Source of the DNA: an uncultured delta proteobacterium
GTDB taxonomy: Bacteria; Myxococcota_A; Polyangia; Fen-1088
Reading direction: 5' to 3'
Length of the DNA stretch: 64,000 nt
Assembly: GCA_963755125.1 (NCBI GenBank)
Contig: CAVWIP010000011.1
Coordinates: forward strand, 1 to 64,000
Positions 1 through 7,338 of this stretch are shown in pieces. The notes beneath the pieces were generated by a model. The model saw only the letters and a list, made by a program, of their open reading frames with translations, made no database searches and was not told where the DNA came from. The translations under genes and the position numbers were made by a program. The first letter of the stretch is position 1; every line of letters begins with the position of its first letter.

Positions 1-14
1 GGTTTTCGGACGGT

Positions 15-315
15 TCAGCCGGAATTGAGTCGCGCGCCCTCGAAGCTTCGGCGCCGTGCCGTCAAGCACCTGCAGGAGGACCATCTTGATGCGCTCGGCC
101 GGGGGCGGGCACCCCGGCAGGCAGTATTCGACGGCGACCATCTCGTGCACGGGACGCACGTTTGGGAGCAGCGCGGGCACGATGCCCTCCTGGCCGGGCA
201 GGCTCGGGCGGTCCTGGGCGTTCTCGATGTAGGCGCACTGGAGGACCTGGGCGGCATTGTCCGCGCCTAGCTGGTCGCGCATCGCCGGGACGTTCCCCGT
301 CACCGCGCAGTCGCC
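15..315 (-). pseudogene. hoxY: 3' fragment of a bidirectional [NiFe]-hydrogenase small subunit (HoxY-like); 5'-truncated, with a probable frameshift near nt 46
   Basis: The minus frame from 315 reads GDCAVTGNVPAMRDQ...IVPALLPNVRPVHEMVAVEYCLPGCPPPAERI (GDCA and LPGCPP Fe-S motifs). There is no start or N-terminal half. The likely native end (..EGARLNSG*, stop at 15-17) is in a shifted frame. Confidence 0.8.
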
Positions 316-569
316 GACGCCTCCGGCGCCAAATACTGATGCGTCACTTTCTGCACGGCCGCTCGGCGCGCGCGGTACTCCTGCTGACGGAAGGCGTGCT
401 TGCGACGCCCGATCCGCGTCGCCTGGTACTTGTGCCCGTCGACCCGCTGCTTCTGGCGTCGGCCCTTGGCCGCACACTCGGGCGAGCAGTACTTGCACCG
501 CTTGTCGCAGCTGCGGCACACCAGAAACGCCAGCCCACATAACTTACAAGTGCGATCCAGCAAGTCCAC
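300..569 (-). CDS. Small Cys-rich (Zn-finger-like) protein of the type commonly found beside IS21-family transposases; probably C-terminally truncated
   Basis: CxxC..CxxCD..YCS..C, then R-rich YQ..GR..HA.RQ..YR and KVTHQ; it runs directly into the hoxY fragment. The family link is from recall, not a search. Confidence 0.55.
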   Translation of the reverse strand: MDLLDRTCKLCGLAFLVCRSCDKRCKYCSPECAAKGRRQKQRVDGHKYQATRIGRRKHAFRQQEYRARRAAVQKVTHQYLAPEASATAR

Positions 570-804
570 GCGGCGGTGCTCGCCGTGGTGGATCTCCCGC
601 CCGGATCGTGCGATTGAGGGAACTGCGTGGCTCGACCCCCACGCGGTCGATCCACCTGAAGGCCCGGAGCGCCAACTCTGGGCCTTCGCTTATACGGCGC
701 TCGGCCGTACCTCCTACGCCAACCTGGGCGTACGCGCCACCGCGCTGGCCGTCGGCGGCGCGCCTCGGGCCGGCTGGCCTCTCACGGGGCGGCTCTCGGC
801 AGGG

Positions 805-1908
805 TCAGCCTGACCCCGGCCGGTGCTCATCGGCGCCTTGCCGGTCTACCTGCTCACGATGGCTCAGCACCAGAGAGTCCGAATCGAATCCCGCGCATCC
901 CCGCGCTCGCCACCGTCGCGAACCCGCGCTTCGTGGCCGTCGTCTCCAGGTGCGAACTGATGGCCGTGAAACTCCGCCCGGCTCGAACCAATTCGAGGTC
1001 AAGAAGACTTCACCGTCAGATTTGCGTCCGGCGCGCTGGCCGTCAATATCTTTGATCCTCTTATCCTCGATAGCATTCTTGGCAGCGGCGGCATCGGTAG
1101 CCGAGATGCTCGTCGGCTCTTCCGTCTTGCTGGTGACATCCGGGTTGAGCTTCTTCTGCATGGCTAGGTCGCAAAGCCCCCTGTACACGCATTTCCGTAT
1201 CCAATTGACAAGGTTGCCCTCGCCCTTCGATCTGGTGATGTTCCACTTCTTGCGTTTTGTGGAGACCTGCACAAGCGTTTCTTGCTTCAACTCTTCAAAG
1301 TCCCTCGACGTCTTGGCGAACTTTCGGGGCTTGACGAACTTCAGGATTGTCGTCGTGCAGACTTCTTCGAGGACCCTGCTTCCCCCCTTACCGACGCCCA
1401 GCAACAGCAGCGCGTTGCCTGCAAAATTGAGCCTTTCCTTTGCCGTCGTCTCCGGCAAATTGCCAGAACGATACTGTGATTCAAGCTCGGCTAGCTCCTG
1501 CACAAGTGGCCAAGCTTCAATGAGATCCTTCCTCAACTGACTCGAACGGTCCGGCAACATCAGACATTCGATCAACTGTCTCAAATCCTCCAGTGAAATG
1601 CGCTCTTCCACTGGCAGGCTTGCGACATCGACTACGGAAACGAGGTCCTCCGCCAACAGCCTGCTGAAATCCGGGAGTTCTTCGTAATGCTGGGGGACGT
1701 GTGACCGGCGCGCTTTGATGAGTAGGAAGTGCCAATAGTTCGACATGCGAGGGAAGTGGCCCGTTTCGACCAAGGCGGCGAGCGCCACCACAGCAGCAAA
1801 ACCCCTCAAGGCAGGACCTTCGCTGGTTCCCACCTTCTCCCGCAGTGCGGTGAGAGCGTCCGCATGCTTCGTTGATTTGGCGGGGTCCCTCTTTTTTTGC
1901 GAGCCCAT
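805..1908 (-). CDS. Hypothetical protein with a sigma-70/ECF region 2-like segment; the last ~60 aa are doubtful
   Basis: Strong RBS (AGGAGG) before the ATG at 1908. DFEELKQETLVQV..KKWN..NLVNWIRKCVYRGLCDL fits the ECF sigma2 pattern D.EDL.QE...W....A.N..D. No recognisable region 4. Confidence 0.55.
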   Translation of the reverse strand: MGSQKKRDPAKSTKHADALTALREKVGTSEGPALRGFAAVVALAALVETGHFPRMSNYWHFLLIKARRSHVPQHYEELPDFSRLLAEDLVSVVDVASLPVEERISLEDLRQLIECLMLPDRSSQLRKDLIEAWPLVQELAELESQYRSGNLPETTAKERLNFAGNALLLLGVGKGGSRVLEEVCTTTILKFVKPRKFAKTSRDFEELKQETLVQVSTKRKKWNITRSKGEGNLVNWIRKCVYRGLCDLAMQKKLNPDVTSKTEEPTSISATDAAAAKNAIEDKRIKDIDGQRAGRKSDGEVFLTSNWFEPGGVSRPSVRTWRRRPRSAGSRRWRARGCAGFDSDSLVLSHREQVDRQGADEHRPGSG

Positions 1909-2150
1909 CTGTTCCTCCTGCGCAGCCTTGGCCGTACCCAGGAGGGTAGCAAGCGGCCGCTAGCGGCAGCGAGAAGAAAAGGCGCAAAGAGGCAAAAAGC
2001 ATGGACCCACACGCAATACCCTGGATGCGTTCCACGAGTGGTGCAACTTGGCAGCACCTCCTTTCCACGCTGCGCCGGGGTCGGCGAGCCCTACTCCTGC
2101 TTTTTCACATCGTTTTCGGGTTGGCGCACGCGGGGGATCGCTCCTTCCTG

Positions 2151-3752
2151 ATGGCCGGACTTGTCGCCGCTGTTGGCCCCGGCCGAGAACGCAGACCATG
2201 CGGCCGGACGTCCGCCAACCCAACCTATTCTTCGCAGGCCGATCCATTCTCCAAGGGCAACCTGCGTGCGGCTTTTCACCGCAAGTACGGGCGATGGCCT
2301 GAAGCACCCGTGGATTCCGCTGTAATCGAGTCCGCAAATGCACTTGCGAATTGCAGGTGGCCGCGTCTGTTCGGATACAAGGTCCTCTTCGTCAAGAAGG
2401 GCAATCCCGCCGCGCACACCTACCGCGCCATTGTTCGCTTCGACACGGCCGATGCACTCGTCCAATCGGTAGCTGCGCAGCACTTCGGCCAGTGCGTCGA
2501 TCCAGATCTCAGCGACCACAGTTGGGCACGTCGGTTTCGCTGTGCTGGTGTCTCTCGCCCAACACGGAACGATCCTGTAGCTCGGTTGCTGGCCTACCAG
2601 CGGCGTCATGCAGGGAAAGTTCTTTGGTTTGCGAAGCTCGATGTTCAAGGCTTGCACGACACGATTTCGCACGCGGGCGTGCGTCGGGCCGTGGAGGAGG
2701 CAGTGGCACGGGCGGCGAGAAGAGGCATCGTCATCGACTCGCGAGTCCTGCGTCTGATCGAGACGTTGCTGGGCAGCTACTCGTTTGGCACCGACGTGGT
2801 GAATGGGGCGAGCAACGCCCTCAAGGAGAAAGATCTCGAAGGGACGATTCCCTGGCCGCTTGAGGCGCTCAAAGAGTTCCATTGCAATCCGTTGACCGCC
2901 GGAATCGGACTACCTCAAGGCAGCCCGTTCTCGGACATCCTGGCCAACTTGCTGATGCATGCCGTGGACTCCACAGTCGTTGGCGACAGCCTCGACCAGG
3001 ACCTGTTCTACGTGCGTTGGCTCGATGACTTGGTGCTCGTCCACACGGACAGGGCGGCGTGTGAGGCAGCGTTAGGACGAGCGATTGAGGCCCTGCACAA
3101 GCTGAAGCTGATTCCGCACGAGCCAAAAGTGTTCGCCCTAACTGATGTCGCGTACTGGAGAGCAAAGTCCATTGCACCGACACCGTGGGCGTCTCGGGGA
3201 TCGGGTCGCGAGTGGACCGGCATATTGGGCTACGAGGTCAAATTCGACGGTGAGGTTCGCATCCGCCGAGAGACGCTCCAGCGCCACAAGGCCCGAGTGA
3301 AGAAGATGGTGGAACGGCGCCTGGAGGAATTTGATGGACGTCTCGCTGCCCTCGGTGATGGTGCCGCGCGATGGTTCGCAGAGTACGCCGCGCGGAGCGT
3401 AGCCAGGCTTGAGCGTGACGTGTCTCGTTCTTGCAGGGTACGCAGGCCCTGTTGGATTCGTAACTTTCCTCTGGCCGCATTTGGTGGCGCGGCTCTGGCA
3501 GAGCAAGCGAAGAACCTGGACAGGTTCCGTCGGCTCTTGTTGTCAGCGTACAGACGGCACGTTGAGGAACAAGGGCGTCAACTGGGTGTCGCGATGGGAG
3601 AGGTTCGCGGAGGGCGTGACCACTACAGGAGTTCCTACTACTTCAACTTGGTCGCGCGATTTGCACCCCCGGTTGCCGTCGCGCCTATCGCTCCGGTCGT
3701 CTCCCTGGTCGGGCCGGAAGGCACCCGCGCATCCCAACTGGAGGACTCATGA
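2151..3752 (+). CDS. Reverse transcriptase of an unclassified/unknown group (alternative start 2001)
   Basis: RT0-like FSKGNLRAAF, K..YRAI, motif 3 KLDVQGLHDTISH, motif 4 GLPQGSPFSDILANLLM, motif 5 YVRWLDD, motif 7 GILGY, and a helical thumb/C-terminal region. Confidence 0.9.
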   Translation: MAGLVAAVGPGRERRPCGRTSANPTYSSQADPFSKGNLRAAFHRKYGRWPEAPVDSAVIESANALANCRWPRLFGYKVLFVKKGNPAAHTYRAIVRFDTADALVQSVAAQHFGQCVDPDLSDHSWARRFRCAGVSRPTRNDPVARLLAYQRRHAGKVLWFAKLDVQGLHDTISHAGVRRAVEEAVARAARRGIVIDSRVLRLIETLLGSYSFGTDVVNGASNALKEKDLEGTIPWPLEALKEFHCNPLTAGIGLPQGSPFSDILANLLMHAVDSTVVGDSLDQDLFYVRWLDDLVLVHTDRAACEAALGRAIEALHKLKLIPHEPKVFALTDVAYWRAKSIAPTPWASRGSGREWTGILGYEVKFDGEVRIRRETLQRHKARVKKMVERRLEEFDGRLAALGDGAARWFAEYAARSVARLERDVSRSCRVRRPCWIRNFPLAAFGGAALAEQAKNLDRFRRLLLSAYRRHVEEQGRQLGVAMGEVRGGRDHYRSSYYFNLVARFAPPVAVAPIAPVVSLVGPEGTRASQLEDS

Positions 3753-4051
3753 GCGTCGACGCCGCTCTGTCCGCCGTCGTGTCCGAGGCCGTCGCCCCGC
3801 TCGTGAGCGAGATTCGCGAGCTGCGCGCCACGGTCGAGGCGTTACGGGCCGCGAGCCCGCCGAAGCTGGTTACAGTGGCCGAGTTGGTGCGACTCGGCTT
3901 CGGCTCACCCGCGACCGTTCGACGCCGAATCGCCGATGGCACCTACCCGTGCGTGAGACACGGACGATCTGTGCGCGTGGACCTGGCCGCGCTCAAACCA
4001 ATCGACCCCGCTACAGTGGCGGCGCTGGCGGCTGCAGCAAGGAGCGGCTAG
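3749..4051 (+). CDS. Excisionase-like helix-turn-helix DNA-binding protein (Xis/MerR-like)
   Basis: LVTVAELVRLGFGSPATVRRRIADGTYPCVRHGRSVRVD is a typical HTH_17/Xis pattern. An ATGA overlaps the RT stop. Confidence 0.85.
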   Translation: MSVDAALSAVVSEAVAPLVSEIRELRATVEALRAASPPKLVTVAELVRLGFGSPATVRRRIADGTYPCVRHGRSVRVDLAALKPIDPATVAALAAAARSG

Positions 4052-4505
4052 TCATGGGCGCCGACCGATCTCGGTGCTGGGACCTGCGCCCCTCCTGCGC
4101 GGCAACCGCGAAGATGGGGTTCTCTCGGATCATTGATCCGGTGCTCTATCCGCCCACCATCGACGTGCACGGGCCGGAAAAGCGCCACGTGCTCTGCCCG
4201 TTCTCTGCCCAAGTTCGCCCGCAACGACCCGAGGCGGTGGGAAGGGGGATTCGATTTGACTTAGCAAGCCACGCGAGGCCCAGTCCCAAGTGTGCGCGTG
4301 GTCCGTCGACCGCGAGCCACTCCGAGACCTCACAAGAAAATGGGGCAGCGCCACGCCAATGGCCTGCCCCGTGGTCAGCAAACCCGTGAAGGAGAGATGA
4401 CGATGGGAAATCTACCACGAACCGCATCACACGAACGCACCGCCAGCGATGAACAACTGGCTGACGACCACGCCTGCTGCTTGCGCATGAACGAAGGGGG
4501 ACGCC

Positions 4506-5741
4506 ATGGCTCGTAAGCCACGACGCCGGAACTGGGGCACAGGCACGATCACGCCGAGCGGCCGGCGATGGATGGTTCGCTGGTGTGAAGATGGTAGGCG
4601 CCATTGCAAGACCTTCCCCACGCGGGAGATGGCGGAGCAGGTCTTGGCCAAGATCGTGAACGACATCGCAGCCGGAGTTGCTCGCCTACCCCCCAACTTC
4701 AACGAGGCGCCAAACCTCGACACCTTGGCGGCAGCGTGGATCGAGCGCCGACAACGAACCCATCGTGCCGCGAAAGACTGCGGCTACAGGTGGAAGTTGC
4801 ACCTTTCACCAGCCTTCGGGCGAATGAAGCCCCACGAAGTTGACGCGGCCAAGCTGCGAAGGTTCATCGAAGGCAAGCTCGCCGAAGGATTGAACCCAAC
4901 GACGGTAGGCCACTGCATCCGCCAGTTGAGCACCTTCTACGCGGACATCATCGAAGCTGGCCATGCCCCTTCCAACCCGGTGGCCAGCCTGCCCCGTTCC
5001 ACCCGGAGACTCTACAAGTCCATCTACGACACGCGGTCAACGCCCTTCCTTGAACGGCCGGAGGACATCCGGCGCATCTACCTGGCCATGGTGGAGCCAT
5101 ACAACATCATCTTCATCTTCGGCGAGCAGACCGGGTGCAGAGTGGGGGAAATTCTCGGCATGGACTGGAGGGACATCGACCTGCCAGGTAGGAGGATCCA
5201 TGTCCGCCAGCAGATGCAAGAAGGCAAGCTTTGCGTGCTCAAAGACCGCGAGTCGCGGATCGTACCGCTCTCCACGTCACTGGCGCCCATCTTGGAAGCC
5301 TGGAAGTTGAAGACCGGCGGCGTGGGACCACTCTTCACGCCGAAGCACCCCACACGCGGCGGACGGCCCGACCTTGGGAGCCCTGCCCACTTCATCCGCC
5401 CAGAGACAGTTCATAAGGCGCTGGCCGCGGCGTTGAAAGCCTGCGATCTTCCCAGGCTCACGCTATACCAAGCGACAAGGCACACGTTCGCATCGCAGTG
5501 GGTCATGAACGGCGGAAGCGTGGAAGTGCTCGCCAAGATCCTGGGCCATTCTTCTACGTCCACGACCGAGCATTACGCGCACCTTGCCCCGGACTTTTTC
5601 GGAGCCAAGGCTTTCGACATGGTGGCGGTGGATCTTTCCAAACCGGCAGCTGCTGTGCTATCTCTGCGCGGAGTTGCCGCTCCACTTAGGCTGAGAACAG
5701 GAACGGCGCAGGAAGACATCGCAGAGCAGGAGTCAGCGTAA
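4506..5741 (+). CDS. int: Tyrosine recombinase / phage-type integrase
   Basis: N-terminal arm-binding-like region; catalytic motifs TGCRVGEI, YQATRHTFAS, LGHS, TEHYAHL. Confidence 0.95.
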   Translation: MARKPRRRNWGTGTITPSGRRWMVRWCEDGRRHCKTFPTREMAEQVLAKIVNDIAAGVARLPPNFNEAPNLDTLAAAWIERRQRTHRAAKDCGYRWKLHLSPAFGRMKPHEVDAAKLRRFIEGKLAEGLNPTTVGHCIRQLSTFYADIIEAGHAPSNPVASLPRSTRRLYKSIYDTRSTPFLERPEDIRRIYLAMVEPYNIIFIFGEQTGCRVGEILGMDWRDIDLPGRRIHVRQQMQEGKLCVLKDRESRIVPLSTSLAPILEAWKLKTGGVGPLFTPKHPTRGGRPDLGSPAHFIRPETVHKALAAALKACDLPRLTLYQATRHTFASQWVMNGGSVEVLAKILGHSSTSTTEHYAHLAPDFFGAKAFDMVAVDLSKPAAAVLSLRGVAAPLRLRTGTAQEDIAEQESA

Positions 5742-5763
5742 CTAACTGAAATTAAAAGAGAAA

Positions 5764-5837
5764 GGGCGCGTAGCTCATCTGGATAGAGTACCGGCCTCCG
5801 AAGCCGGGGGTAGTGGGTTCGAGTCCCGCCGCGCCCA
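5764..5837 (+). tRNA. tRNA-Arg (anticodon CCG), CCA not encoded
   Basis: Acceptor stem GGGCGCG/CGCGCCC, anticodon arm CCGGC-CTCCGAA-GCCGG, T-loop TTCGAGT. Confidence 0.95.
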
Positions 5838-5922
5838 CAGTCTGCTGGTGTCGATCGAGCGCGGTTCTATTCCATCAATGTGTGAACCCTGAAAGGGTTG
5901 CCCTGCCCTTCCGCGATCGGCT

Positions 5923-7218
5923 TCACGGCCGGCGCCTGCCCAGGGTGAACTTGAGGGCGGGCGGCGTGACCAGCGTGGTGACGATCACCATGACCACCAC
6001 GGCGGAATAGGTGCTGCGGGACAAAACCGGCGCGCCGGCGACCAACAGGGTCAGTCCAATGTTGGCGAAGATGAGGCCCACCTCGCCCCGCGGGATCATG
6101 CCCACGCCCACGCTCAGGCGATCGATCTCTTTGCCCAGCACCCCGAAACCACAGACTTGCTTGCCCAGGATGGCGGCAACCGTCAGGGCCAGGGCCAACC
6201 CCAGCACCGAAGGCTGGGCAAACCCGCGCAGGTCGGTGGTCATCCCCATCAACACAAAAAAGATCGGCGCCAGGAAACCCGAGATGGGATGGATCAATTC
6301 TGCCAGGGTTGGCTCGCCCTTGGCCACGAAGTCGCGATCGTGTACGTCTTCCAGGATCAGCCCGGCCGCAAAAGCGCCCACGATGGGCGCAAGTGCAAGA
6401 GCATCGGCCAGCCACGCGAAGAGGAAGCAGAAGGCCAGCCCCACCGCGAGCAGAACCTGTCGTGCCCTAAGACGCGCGGCCAGGGCGAAGATCGGACGCG
6501 AGACCAGCATCCCGAGGACGAGCGAGCCCACCAGAAACGCGACCGCCTTGGCCAGGATGACCAGCACCGAGCTGACGGCGAAGCCCCGCCCGCTCGAGGC
6601 ATTGACCACAGCGCCTGTCACCACGGCGAGCACGACCAAGCCCAGCACATCGTCGATCACCGCCGCGCCCAGAATGATGCGCGCTTCTTGACTCTGCGAG
6701 CGCCCGAGATCCTTGAGCACGCGCGCGGTGATCCCGACGCTGGTTGCGCACAGGGTGGCGCCCAGGAAAGCGTGCACCGTCCCGCCTTGCTCGGGCAGCA
6801 GCCACATGCCCACACCCACGCCCAGGACAAAAGGCGCGATCACGCCCAGCGTGGCCACCAGGAAGGCCGAAAGCCCCACGCTGAGCATCTGCTTCACCGT
6901 GGACTCGAGCCCGATCTCGAAGAGCAGGACGAGGACGCCCAGGCGAGCCAGGCTGTCGATCATGGGACTTTCCCGCACGAAGCTCAGCGCGGGCAAGCCC
7001 AGCAAGCCGAGGTTGCCCAGGATCACGCCAGCCACCAACTCGCCCAGCACGGCCGGCTGCCCGATCCTGACCGCGAGATCCCCGCCCAGTTTGGCGGCGA
7101 TCAGGATGATGGCCAGCGCGAGGACCAGGGACGCGATCGGATCGGTGTGCGACGACGCCTGAGCGGCGAGTGTCGGCAGCGGCGAAAGAAGACACGTTAC
7201 AAAGGCCAGGCGTTTCAT
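5923..7218 (-). CDS. Cation:proton antiporter, CPA2 family (NapA/KefB-like)
   Basis: Polytopic; QPAVLGEL, LFEIGLE, ATSVGIT, AAVIDD, GMIPRGEVGLI motifs. Confidence 0.92.
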   Translation of the reverse strand: MKRLAFVTCLLSPLPTLAAQASSHTDPIASLVLALAIILIAAKLGGDLAVRIGQPAVLGELVAGVILGNLGLLGLPALSFVRESPMIDSLARLGVLVLLFEIGLESTVKQMLSVGLSAFLVATLGVIAPFVLGVGVGMWLLPEQGGTVHAFLGATLCATSVGITARVLKDLGRSQSQEARIILGAAVIDDVLGLVVLAVVTGAVVNASSGRGFAVSSVLVILAKAVAFLVGSLVLGMLVSRPIFALAARLRARQVLLAVGLAFCFLFAWLADALALAPIVGAFAAGLILEDVHDRDFVAKGEPTLAELIHPISGFLAPIFFVLMGMTTDLRGFAQPSVLGLALALTVAAILGKQVCGFGVLGKEIDRLSVGVGMIPRGEVGLIFANIGLTLLVAGAPVLSRSTYSAVVVMVIVTTLVTPPALKFTLGRRRP

Positions 7219-7338
7219 CGCGTTTCACCAAGCATCGCAGAAACTGGCTGCGCACGCGAGACGCGATCGCGGACCTGCTATTGAGAGATTTGCTGGGCTG
7301 CTTGGCCCGGTCGCGACACTCCGGCATGATAAGTCGCC

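Larger units (their letters stand above)
805..5763. mobile_element. tRNA-associated integrative element (RT + xis-like + tyrosine integrase); left boundary not defined
   Basis: The integrase stop lies 22 nt from tRNA-Arg, with an xis-like gene and RT cargo upstream. Codon usage looks less GC3-biased than the flanking host genes. No att duplicate was found within the window. Confidence 0.75.

Noticed and set aside
257..1540. 427-aa plus-strand ORF
   Set aside because: Antisense shadow of the minus-strand ORFs; S/R/P-rich with no motif.
1..2000. att duplicate of tRNA-Arg at the element's left end
   Set aside because: No copy of either tRNA half was found by inspection.
2151..3752. RT as a group II intron, retron, DGR or CRISPR-associated RT
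   Set aside because: No domain V/VI after the ORF (xis overlaps the stop), no NAxxH/VTG, no TR/VR repeat pair or avd, and no cas genes or array.
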